Sequence record: NC_070650.1
Length of the DNA: 64,000 nucleotides
Strand: one strand, 5' to 3'
Positions 29,261 to 37,990 of the stretch are shown piece after piece. The position numbers were made by a program, and so were the translations under genes. The notes beneath the pieces were generated by a model. It was given only the letters and a program-made list of their open reading frames with translations. It was not told the origin of the DNA and did no database searches. Each line of letters begins with the position of its first letter. Position 1 is the first letter of the stretch.

Positions 29261-31309
29261 ATGACCGTATCTAAATTACTTCGAATCCCCACTCACGTGC
29301 AGCGTACCGGCGTTTCTCTCGAAGAACGACAGGTAGCAGAAGAACGTGATCCGGATATCGTCGATATGGCTCAGACTCCAGACGATGTCGACACAGACGG
29401 TGTGAATTCAGATGCATCTGCTTCTACAGAGGCCGCATCTCAAGACACCGGCGCACTTCCCGATGACACAGGTGCTGCGTCTACAGAAGCTACAGGTGAC
29501 GATGTTACCACCACTGATGACGCTACCACCGGTGATGAAGGTGCTGCGGCTGCTAGTGCGGATGATACCGCAACCAGCGCCGATGCTGCCGAACAAACTA
29601 ATGCGGATGATGCAGGCGGTGATGCTGCTACATCTGATGCTGCTGACGTTGGCGCCACAACCTCTTCGGAAGCAACCCCTCCGGCGGATAATAGCACGGT
29701 AGATAGCGGTAGCGACGCAGCTAATGCCGACCTCGACAACCAAGCAGATATCACCCCGCCAGAAGACGTGGCTGATGCTGGTCTTGGCGATGCGGCTACC
29801 GATACTTCTGCTGCGGATGCTCCACCTCCGGTAGAAACTCCGATGGATGACATCCCAGAAGAAGCGCTTACCTCGGCGTGGGTTCAGGGTGTCGCTGTAG
29901 ACACACAGCACGATGTCGATGAAGTGGCCGCTGGCGATGAAGAGCTGGCAGACTACGAGCACAACGAAAATGAGCTGCGTACTGCCGCGACAAGTCTGGA
30001 AGAACTTCGTGACTGTTGTATGGCTGTCGTTAACAAAACCCACAAAGAAACCGACGCCGTTAGCACCCCAGTGCAGACTGAAATCGTTTCTGAGGTTAGC
30101 GATAAAGCTGTTGACCTGCTTACTTCCGGCGCCAACGCTACACTGGCCCATGTGGGGTCTGAGCTGGATATGCCGGCATCCATGGAAAGCGCCTCCACCC
30201 CGACTGAACGTCTGGGCATCGCGCTTGAAGCCATCGACGGTAAAATCAAACAGATCTGGGAAACCATCAAACGACTGGCTCTGCAGGCCTGGGATGCTTT
30301 CGTAAACTTTGTTAAAGGCATCTTTGATAAAGCGCAGCGCTTCCGCAATCAGGTAGCAAACCTGCGCAAGTTTGTGGTTAAGTTCAAAGGGGCTACGCCA
30401 GAAACCAGTGAGTTTGAAAACAACGCCGTTTGGGCGGGTTGTTGTGTAGAACCTCGAGCAGGTCAATTCGAGTTCTCTCAATCTGAGGTTTCAAAACAAT
30501 TTGAAACCTACACCAGTGCGGCGAAACCGTATCTGCTGAATGCCAGCAAAGCACTGGTTCCAGGCATCAATATGGTGTTTGACAAAGTCGCGGCCATCGA
30601 CCCAGAAAAACCAGAAAGCATTGATGCCATGTGGAATGCTTTCGGGGCGCTCATGAACCGCTATGAAAAAGCGGTGGTTATGGTAACCAAAATGTCTGGT
30701 GGTGAGCGTTCTCTGAGTGCGGCTGATGTAGCCGATGGTTTTAGATCGACCGATGGGTTACTTCCGATCTATTCTGACACTGGTTTAGGCGGTGGTGGTC
30801 TGGCAACAGAAATTGTCGATCCTAAAACAGACCTGCAAATTGCGGCGAAAGCGTTTTGGACTGGGGCTAGTTCCTATTACCTGCGCGGCCATCCGGTAGT
30901 GCCAAGCGATGCCAAAGTGCCTACTCTGACCGCAGACCAGATGGAAGGCCTGCTTGACCAAATCGATGACGCGATGGAGACCATCATCGATTATCGCGTG
31001 GTCTTCGATGAGTTTGAAAAACAGCTGGCCAAAGCTCAGCAGGCTACTGCGAAACTCGCGAGCAAACTGCCGGAGAAAGAAGGGACGTCGACGTACCAGA
31101 CTATCCTGGCAACCATGAAGTTGGTCCCTAAACTGACCAAGTTCAACCAGGCAGTCATCACCGGGTTGTATGTTCAGTCCAGCTCTATTCTTCAGTACAT
31201 TGTTGCGTCGACCAAACAGTACTCGACCAACGATGCGGCTGTTGAATCTACGGCGAATACTGTTGCAGATCCTGGCGCGGCTAAACTTCCGTCTCCGGAA
31301 GCAGCATAA
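29261..31309 (+). CDS. Internal head protein with very long acidic propeptide, phiKZ gp93-97 family
   Basis: About 320-aa D/A/T-rich N-terminus, then ALEAIDGKIKQIWETIK; paralogue of 27761-29188. Confidence 0.75.
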   Translation: MTVSKLLRIPTHVQRTGVSLEERQVAEERDPDIVDMAQTPDDVDTDGVNSDASASTEAASQDTGALPDDTGAASTEATGDDVTTTDDATTGDEGAAAASADDTATSADAAEQTNADDAGGDAATSDAADVGATTSSEATPPADNSTVDSGSDAANADLDNQADITPPEDVADAGLGDAATDTSAADAPPPVETPMDDIPEEALTSAWVQGVAVDTQHDVDEVAAGDEELADYEHNENELRTAATSLEELRDCCMAVVNKTHKETDAVSTPVQTEIVSEVSDKAVDLLTSGANATLAHVGSELDMPASMESASTPTERLGIALEAIDGKIKQIWETIKRLALQAWDAFVNFVKGIFDKAQRFRNQVANLRKFVVKFKGATPETSEFENNAVWAGCCVEPRAGQFEFSQSEVSKQFETYTSAAKPYLLNASKALVPGINMVFDKVAAIDPEKPESIDAMWNAFGALMNRYEKAVVMVTKMSGGERSLSAADVADGFRSTDGLLPIYSDTGLGGGGLATEIVDPKTDLQIAAKAFWTGASSYYLRGHPVVPSDAKVPTLTADQMEGLLDQIDDAMETIIDYRVVFDEFEKQLAKAQQATAKLASKLPEKEGTSTYQTILATMKLVPKLTKFNQAVITGLYVQSSSILQYIVASTKQYSTNDAAVESTANTVADPGAAKLPSPEAA

Positions 31310-31341
31310 ACACAGGGAGGGCGAAAGCCCTCCCTTTATGC
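31304..31341 (+). terminator. Terminator-like hairpin repeat (GCATAA...GGGAGGGC-GAAA-GCCCTCCC-TTTATGC)
   Basis: GNRA-loop stem with a U-tract; the left arm overlaps the Ala codon and stop of the upstream gene. Confidence 0.85.
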
Positions 31342-31400
31342 CCGCACCTATTCTCATCCTATGACCATTTCTTTATCAAGCGGCATTAGAGGACGACATT

Positions 31401-32693
31401 ATGACTGGGTTGGTGAACACCCCGCAATCAGAATTACCGAATTCCCCGACGTCGTATGCCGAAGTTCATCAGATGGTGACTGAACTCGCGCACCAACAAA
31501 ACGACATTAGCAAAAAAGACCACCAGGTACAAGAACACACTCAGGTCGTTGACGAGCTTCGCAATACTGGCGACATGATATCCGCACTGGGGGCTATCGT
31601 TAAATACAATATTGATGGTAAGCCAATGTCGCCGTTCCAGTCTTCACTGATGAAAAATGCCTTATGGCATAGTGGGAGCATCAGTCAAGAAGCGTATAAC
31701 AGCGATACCGTCATCTCTATGGAGTCCTTACGCAAAATCCTGGCCGACATATGGGTTGCAATTAAAAACAGCCTAAAACGTCTTTTAGAGCGTTTAATTG
31801 ACTTCTTAACGACCTACTACGGAATGCTAAATACCGTAGAAGATTTGGCTTTGAAATTAAAAGCCATACTCAAAGAAAATAATTGGCAAACCGTAACGGT
31901 AACCTCGTTTCCATCTAGCAATGCACGCAAAATTGCCGTTGGTGGAAAACTGAAGTCAACCTGGGTGGAAGACGTCGCCAGAACATTGACGGTATTAGCG
32001 GACTCGGACAAAAATGTCATTGATGCAATCGGTGACTTTAATCTTCGCGCTACCGACCAGGTAATTAAAACATTAAAAACGGATAAACTTCCCGATTTCA
32101 ATTGGGGTGTGTTATCCGGCACAATCGGCACCCTGCGGCGGACTATGGCTGCCACCGTAGCACGATACGGCGTGACGTCATACACCAAACCTTTTGGGGT
32201 TGAAACCTATTACTGTAGTGGCGTATTACCTGGCGAATGGCAGTTGGGTTGTAAACAAATTCCGATTCAAAACGCCAATAGTCAGCACGAGGCTGCGCGA
32301 GCAATCATTGAAGGCATGGGCGATCAGTATTTCGTCATCCTGTCTAAAGAACAAACGGGGCCTGATGCTTTGCCATTACCTTCCTTAAATGTCATTGAAT
32401 CTGCATGCGATGATATCATCGAGGTAGTCACTGTGTTGAAAGATTCTACTCGCAAACTGGATGTAGATCTCAACGACGCCTTGAAAAAATCCATTGATAC
32501 AATCGATGGGTTGATGCATCGCATTCAGGGAAGTACCGAAATCAAAGATCGGGAAGCGGTGGACTTCGTCATGAGGGCGACTCAAATATCCAGTAAACTT
32601 AGTCGTCCCTATTTGCAAGTGCTGGGGAATATCCTGCCCGCATACACTCGGGCTTTATTACAATGCGTTCTGATCTATCGTGATGGGGCATAA
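31401..32693 (+). CDS. Internal head protein, phiKZ gp93-97 family
   Basis: ISMESLRKILADIWVAIKNSLK matches the cleavage-site-plus-helix pattern of its two upstream paralogues. Confidence 0.65.
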   Translation: MTGLVNTPQSELPNSPTSYAEVHQMVTELAHQQNDISKKDHQVQEHTQVVDELRNTGDMISALGAIVKYNIDGKPMSPFQSSLMKNALWHSGSISQEAYNSDTVISMESLRKILADIWVAIKNSLKRLLERLIDFLTTYYGMLNTVEDLALKLKAILKENNWQTVTVTSFPSSNARKIAVGGKLKSTWVEDVARTLTVLADSDKNVIDAIGDFNLRATDQVIKTLKTDKLPDFNWGVLSGTIGTLRRTMAATVARYGVTSYTKPFGVETYYCSGVLPGEWQLGCKQIPIQNANSQHEAARAIIEGMGDQYFVILSKEQTGPDALPLPSLNVIESACDDIIEVVTVLKDSTRKLDVDLNDALKKSIDTIDGLMHRIQGSTEIKDREAVDFVMRATQISSKLSRPYLQVLGNILPAYTRALLQCVLIYRDGA

Positions 32694-32729
32694 ACTCAAT
32701 GAGGGAGGCTAATGGCCTCCCTTTTATGC
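32688..32729 (+). terminator. Terminator-like hairpin repeat
   Basis: GCATAA...GGGAGGC-TAATG-GCCTCCC-TTTTATGC. Confidence 0.75.
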
Positions 32730-32829
32730 TGAATATAAAAAAATACTATTTAGGATTACAATTTGAGTACACTTGGGGATGAAACATAAAAGACCTAAGG
32801 AAACGTTCCGTGCGAAGCACTCCACGTTA

Positions 32830-32990
32830 CTATCACTAATTAAAAAGATAAAATAAATATACTTAGTAAGAAAGAAAAAAGATCTTAGATTTGGGGGTTT
32901 GGGGGAGGGGTAGGAGGAGCGAAGCTCCTCCGTAGGGGAGGGTCGTAAAACATGATCGTGTGGGGAAGGGAAGTAAACCCTTCCCAAATA
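32830..32990. other. Non-coding A-rich tract followed by G-run cluster and two hairpins (candidate origin or packaging signal)
   Basis: A-rich 32838-32880. G-runs at 32893-97, 32901-05, 32907-10, 32935-38 and 32940-42. Hairpins GGAGGAGC-GAA-GCTCCTCC (32913-32931) and GGGAAGGG-AAGTAAA-CCCTTCCC (32963-32985). The function is inferred. Confidence 0.5.
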
Positions 32991-33050
32991 TGCTGATTAA
33001 TCGTTATTCAGAATTATCGTGTGTTTAACTCTACTAAGAGGTTTACTATT

Positions 33051-33488
33051 ATGAAACATTCTATTGTCCCTACACAAGCACCTAAATTCAGTATGATGGT
33101 AGGTTCCAGATCGTTGGAGACGGGTGTCAAGCTCACCTTAGAAGGTAATGGTCGCATTGATTTCTCACCGGTAATGTCCCAAGTGGTTGCGCCGAACAAT
33201 GCACTGCAATCGACCGTATATTGGTCAGAGCGCGAACCATCAACCTACTTTCTTAGTCTAGGCCAATATTCGTGTACGCCGTGTGGAATCATCAAATTCC
33301 ATGAGGGGGATGTTGAAGAACCTAATGGAACGACGATGGAGTCCTTACTCCATGTTGTTGAACATCGACTCGAGTACCATCAATCCGGCAAATACCCCTG
33401 TAAGGAAAATGCAGCGGCATTGAGTGCCGTACGGGCCGCTTTGGTCGCGTTACATCATCGTAGCGAAAAACAAGGAAAAGTATCATGA
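33051..33488 (+). CDS. tad1: Tad1-like anti-defence sponge protein (anti-Thoeris/anti-CBASS) with N-terminal extension
   Basis: The C-terminal half IKFHEG...NG....SLLHVVEHRLEYHQSGKYPCKENAAALSAVRAALVALHHR aligns by eye with the Tad1 core as I recall it (IKFQKG...HG...[40 protein letters not shown]). GAGG RBS before ATG 33051. Confidence 0.75.
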   Translation: MKHSIVPTQAPKFSMMVGSRSLETGVKLTLEGNGRIDFSPVMSQVVAPNNALQSTVYWSEREPSTYFLSLGQYSCTPCGIIKFHEGDVEEPNGTTMESLLHVVEHRLEYHQSGKYPCKENAAALSAVRAALVALHHRSEKQGKVS

Positions 33489-34348
33489 TTCAAGTTGTAT
33501 CTGCCTTTCCCGGCTGCGGGAAGAGTTGGTTTCATCGACAGTTTACTGATGTTCTGGATAGTGACTCCAGCGCTTTTGATAAATCGGCATTCCCACAAAA
33601 CTATATCTGCCATATCCGCAATACGATGGTACGAGATAAATGTATCTTCGTTAGCAGCCACGGTATGGTCAGGACTGCCATGATTGATTCTGGAATAGAA
33701 TATATCCTGGTTTATCCCAGCCACGATATCAAAGAGGAGTTCCTCGAACGGTATCGCAAGCGTGGCAGCGAACCTCAATTTATTGAATTGTTGGATAAGA
33801 ACTGGGATGGTTGGATTGGGGAATGTCAGGGGCAGCAAGGCTGCGTGCACGTGGTATTGCAATCAGGCCAATATCTCGCGGACGTCATTGAGTACGACCC
33901 ACTTTATCGTCGCTTCACAATTAAAGAAGATGCGACTACGTTTACCCCACAGCCGCACAAACATAAAACGGAATACATTGCCGTAGACTTCGACGGGACA
34001 ATTGTAACCAATGATTGGCCTGAGGTTGGTAAAGATACGGGTGCAATTGCGGTGCTGAGGGATTTACTTAGCGCGGGCTGTAAGTTAATCTTACATACGG
34101 TCAGGGAAGGGAAAGAGCTTAATGAAGCATTAGCTTATTGCGCCAAACATGGAATCGATTTTATCGGAGTTAATGAGAATCGTGAGTTTCCTCCCGGCGG
34201 CACCATAACAGATAAACCTTATGCGGACGTATATATCGATGACCGGGCGATGGGGTGTCCGCTTACTCACAATCCACTCACACATAAAGAACCTTATGTA
34301 GATTGGTTTGCGATTAGAAAACAACTGGAGAAACGAGGAGTACTATAA
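33485..34348 (+). CDS. P-loop NTPase/kinase-like domain fused to a HAD-family phosphatase domain
   Basis: N-terminal Walker A AFPGCGKS. C-terminal HAD motif I DFDGT, motif II LHTVR and motif III/IV KPYADVYIDDR. ATGA overlap with the Tad1-like gene. Confidence 0.8.
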   Translation: MIQVVSAFPGCGKSWFHRQFTDVLDSDSSAFDKSAFPQNYICHIRNTMVRDKCIFVSSHGMVRTAMIDSGIEYILVYPSHDIKEEFLERYRKRGSEPQFIELLDKNWDGWIGECQGQQGCVHVVLQSGQYLADVIEYDPLYRRFTIKEDATTFTPQPHKHKTEYIAVDFDGTIVTNDWPEVGKDTGAIAVLRDLLSAGCKLILHTVREGKELNEALAYCAKHGIDFIGVNENREFPPGGTITDKPYADVYIDDRAMGCPLTHNPLTHKEPYVDWFAIRKQLEKRGVL

Positions 34349-35892
34349 TGCCGAGTATCGGACTTAACCTCCCTGAGGGGTATGAGTTAATCTCACGCCC
34401 TGTTGCTCAGGGTATTGCTCAGCGGGTGATATCACATCTGGGAATTCAAGATAAAGTCAGTATCCTGTTTCCTGGCGATGCTGAGGTAGCGGCTCAGGCC
34501 GGCAGTACATTGGGGGAACAGAAGGAAGGGGGTCCGAATACACGCTTTGCCAGTACTCAAAGACTTCAAGTCAGCATGAATGAACAGGTTCTGGAGGGGG
34601 AGGTTTTAGCAACCCCAACTTGGCAAGTTAACCAACCCCCCATTTTCTCCGACCCTAAACTAGGCATCGCCATGAAACCTATCTACCATTTGGTGGAAGG
34701 GGTATTGTCTTTTACTTATCGTGCCGCTGACCAGACCAGTGCAGAACAATGGAAAAATAGACTGTTACGATATATTTCCCAAAACCGCGCTGAAATGTAC
34801 CATGAAATTATTTATGCGTATACCATCCCAGGCCAGTTCATTACCATCTTGGCTGAAATTCACAAGTTGCGAGAACAAGTCGCACCGTATGGCGACACCG
34901 TCATTGAATATCTGCGCAACCATTTCAGTGATAGGGTGGATGTTAAAACCAACATGGCGGGTAAGGGTGCTGCGTTTGCCGTGGATGAAATTCAGAAGGG
35001 CGTCATCGGTTGGTTTGATTGGACTATCCCGCCAACCCCAGAAAAAACCAGTGAAGAAAGCACGTATACCGCTACCTTTGAGTTCCATTATCAATATCAG
35101 CAGGTTACTGGGGTACATCTGAAATACCCTATCATCGTACACCAACAGCTTTTGCCCAGTAATTTACGTCCGTTGAATTTATCCTACGAACTTAATCGCA
35201 GCTTACCGACGTATATGTCTTTAGCTAAGCAGGAATATCAGGCGGTTAAAAAGGAAACAGATGGCTATTATGCAACGCAGGAAGGTATCCGTTATCCTGA
35301 TTTTGATGAGTGGGCGCCAAATCACGTGATGGCCGATCAGATTCCATTACTGACTGTAATGTTGACTATTTCTGCGGATGACCCTCGATTTCTTTTGAAC
35401 ATCCAAGAACTATCCCATTGGAATTTTAATCCAGATATTCTCGAGTTTCTGCTGGTTGAACCTAAATGGGCAACATTAACCAAATTTACCCCAGTCTTAA
35501 TCACGCTGTATTGTGATGGCGACAAATGCGATGACCAGATCGTACAGTTGGATGCTTCCGGCGATGTACGTACAACCATCGATTTGGACTTAAGGCGCCA
35601 GTACCACATCGTGATTAGTGCGATGTCTGATTTATCGCAGTTGAATAAAAATAACACCGATCTTTTGCGACAATACCCTAAAGCCGCCATGGTTGTGCTG
35701 TATGCCTTAGAACCTCGTTTAGAATCTTGGGGTAAATTACCAGAAGTATTGGGTGATAAGCTTGTATCTCGCGTGGGTTGGTTGGAAGCAATCAACGTCA
35801 TTAAAACAACTTCCCCTATTTTCCGTACAGCAAAATACTACTCACGTTTTACGGTGGGGTCTTACATCCTGGCTACAGCGGAGAAAAAATAA
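34348..35892 (+). CDS. Virion structural protein (phiKZ gp98-like)
   Basis: 514 aa at the syntenic position; TAATG overlap with the previous gene. Confidence 0.55.
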   Translation: MPSIGLNLPEGYELISRPVAQGIAQRVISHLGIQDKVSILFPGDAEVAAQAGSTLGEQKEGGPNTRFASTQRLQVSMNEQVLEGEVLATPTWQVNQPPIFSDPKLGIAMKPIYHLVEGVLSFTYRAADQTSAEQWKNRLLRYISQNRAEMYHEIIYAYTIPGQFITILAEIHKLREQVAPYGDTVIEYLRNHFSDRVDVKTNMAGKGAAFAVDEIQKGVIGWFDWTIPPTPEKTSEESTYTATFEFHYQYQQVTGVHLKYPIIVHQQLLPSNLRPLNLSYELNRSLPTYMSLAKQEYQAVKKETDGYYATQEGIRYPDFDEWAPNHVMADQIPLLTVMLTISADDPRFLLNIQELSHWNFNPDILEFLLVEPKWATLTKFTPVLITLYCDGDKCDDQIVQLDASGDVRTTIDLDLRRQYHIVISAMSDLSQLNKNNTDLLRQYPKAAMVVLYALEPRLESWGKLPEVLGDKLVSRVGWLEAINVIKTTSPIFRTAKYYSRFTVGSYILATAEKK

Positions 35893-37284
35893 ATGGCCAT
35901 CATTAACCCGAACGCAGATAACCCGGCGAGCGTTACAGTCAACCCCAACATCAAACCCAACGAATATCGTGGCGTGGTTGAATCTAACCGATATACCCCC
36001 GCACGTTCTTTGCTGACCCACATCAGCGGCTATCCCATGGAAGTGGAGTATTATAGCCAATATTTGAACGTAGACAACGCGGTATCCGGCCAGCAAATTA
36101 ATCGCATTTCTCCGGTACAACAATATCTGCGCATCAGAAAAATGGAGTTGATGGTATCAACCCCCATTAATCAGTCGCAGGACCAGACCTCCAGAGAAAT
36201 GTCTGCGGTAGGTAATGCTACCACATATCCAGGCATCATCCCTAATGACGGGGATATGTTTATTGCAGATGGCCTGGACGGTAATCGCTACCTGTATCAG
36301 ATTCGAAATGTAGAACAGAAAACAATTTTAAAAGACACCTGTTATACTTTTGAGTTCTTCATGATTGAAATATTGTCGACTCAACGTAACAGCGATCTTT
36401 TAACTAAAACCGTTAAAGACACTACGTTTGTCCGCGATTTCGTTTATACCAATCAGCGCCCGCTATTGGTCGATGAAGAATACACCTTCGTATTAAAAGG
36501 GCGTCAATTCATCAAAGATAGTCAGGACCGGTATTTAAAAGATTATCTTAATAAGAGATACCTTACTTTTATCATCCCCGGGCAAGAGTTGACCTCGTAT
36601 GATCCCTATTTGAGTAAAGCGGTATACGCCTTACTCGATGGCCGCGAACATTCACGGAAAGCAGATATTCGCTTGCAGAACTGTGAGGGGGGATATGCTT
36701 ACCCGATTGAAACTGTTTGGGATGGTATTTTAAATTGTAATGGCGATAGTCGTGATACTTGGGCAACCAAGATGGGCATGATTTACAGTAGCGACTTGGC
36801 CAACCAGCCGATGTACGGTAGCATTAAATATTCCGGTATCTTCCAGTTCTATTCACCATACGGACATCCAGATACCATTGCCACATTACCCGATGATTTT
36901 TATTTGCTGTATTACGGGATGGGTGAAATTACTGAAACCACATTGCGGCCGCCCTATCGCCCTCTTTCCATTTCCGCTTTTGCTCCCGCTACGGATTTGG
37001 GTAATGTAGACCAAGTTGGCAATAACGTGGCCACTACAGCACCCACGTTGGTCCGCCCTACGGGAAGCGATGATTATTATGTTTTCAGTGAAAACTTTTA
37101 TCTGAAAACAACCAATCAAACGGTGCTTGAATCTCAGGTAAATGCGCTGTTGGATGGGATTACTTTAAACCGACCGCATCTGTTGCAGCTAATCAACGAT
37201 TCTTATCGTTGGGGGCATTTAGATAGATTCTACTATCTTCCGGTATTATGGGTACTGGTACGCAAAGCACTATTAGAGGTGTAA
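35893..37284 (+). CDS. Virion structural protein (phiKZ gp99-like)
   Basis: 463 aa abutting the previous gene; ATTYPGIIPNDGDMFIAD pattern; syntenic position. Confidence 0.55.
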   Translation: MAIINPNADNPASVTVNPNIKPNEYRGVVESNRYTPARSLLTHISGYPMEVEYYSQYLNVDNAVSGQQINRISPVQQYLRIRKMELMVSTPINQSQDQTSREMSAVGNATTYPGIIPNDGDMFIADGLDGNRYLYQIRNVEQKTILKDTCYTFEFFMIEILSTQRNSDLLTKTVKDTTFVRDFVYTNQRPLLVDEEYTFVLKGRQFIKDSQDRYLKDYLNKRYLTFIIPGQELTSYDPYLSKAVYALLDGREHSRKADIRLQNCEGGYAYPIETVWDGILNCNGDSRDTWATKMGMIYSSDLANQPMYGSIKYSGIFQFYSPYGHPDTIATLPDDFYLLYYGMGEITETTLRPPYRPLSISAFAPATDLGNVDQVGNNVATTAPTLVRPTGSDDYYVFSENFYLKTTNQTVLESQVNALLDGITLNRPHLLQLINDSYRWGHLDRFYYLPVLWVLVRKALLEV

Positions 37285-37285
37285 C

Positions 37286-37984
37286 ATGGCACGCATCACT
37301 GCTGAGGATTTGGTTAAGCCAATTCCAAAACACAAGGTAAAAGAATTCCTTAAAAAACAAATTGACGATATGTCACCAGTTGACCGTATCTTTCAATTAA
37401 AATTTAAGGTAAGTATTCCGGCAGCTTATCTCTATAACGATGAAGATTTTGCGCGGGGCGTTCACGTCACTGGTGACCGAGAAAGGGATGCTCGTGCTGC
37501 CCAGGAAATTGAAACGTTATTCATGCCCATAGTGGCCAATGATAAACCTCGACCACTGCCCTGCATTTTGTTATACCACAAACAAAATGTACCTGGTTTT
37601 AATCTGGTACATGCTGAGGATGTTCCTCGAGTTTATCAGATTATCGTTGATTATCTGGAGTTCCAATCCAGAAATCTAAATGAGAATTTAAATCTTCCGG
37701 AAGCAAAAAGGATTGAGCTATATAACGACCTGGAAGATTTAAATAAACTCGCAGCATTTATTCACCCGAATGCCCATGCTACTGCTGTGCCGAAACACCT
37801 CAATCCGGACAGCATTATTTCCAGGTTGCGCCTGAGACCAAAAGTGGGTATCGGTGCAACCCAACGTGGCTACAGCAATGTCCCTACCTCATCGGAACCA
37901 CAACCAATCCCGGAATATAAGGGACTAGACACCATGCTGGGTAGTCAGATACTGGAAAAATCAAAACGTTGGAAACAGGAGTAA
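37286..37984 (+). CDS. Conserved hypothetical protein (phiKZ gp100-like)
   Basis: 232 aa, tightly packed in the operon. Confidence 0.6.
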   Translation: MARITAEDLVKPIPKHKVKEFLKKQIDDMSPVDRIFQLKFKVSIPAAYLYNDEDFARGVHVTGDRERDARAAQEIETLFMPIVANDKPRPLPCILLYHKQNVPGFNLVHAEDVPRVYQIIVDYLEFQSRNLNENLNLPEAKRIELYNDLEDLNKLAAFIHPNAHATAVPKHLNPDSIISRLRLRPKVGIGATQRGYSNVPTSSEPQPIPEYKGLDTMLGSQILEKSKRWKQE

Positions 37985-37990
37985 TCCGCC

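Noticed and set aside
27590-30481. Several long antisense or alternate-frame ORFs (27590-28207, 27745-28269, 28232-28933, 29408-30481, 29440-29853) over head-protein genes
   Set aside because: They are explained by biased codons and low-complexity A/D/T-rich coding on the plus strand.
32724-32987. 87-aa minus-strand ORF across the G-rich element
   Set aside because: It is low-complexity, has no RBS and is a by-product of the C-rich/T-rich strand.
32694-33050. tRNA or known ncRNA in the long intergenic gap (also 39356-39569 and 49669-49854)
   Set aside because: No cloverleaf, T-loop GTTCRA or CCA arrangement was recognisable. A covariance search would be needed to exclude other RNAs.
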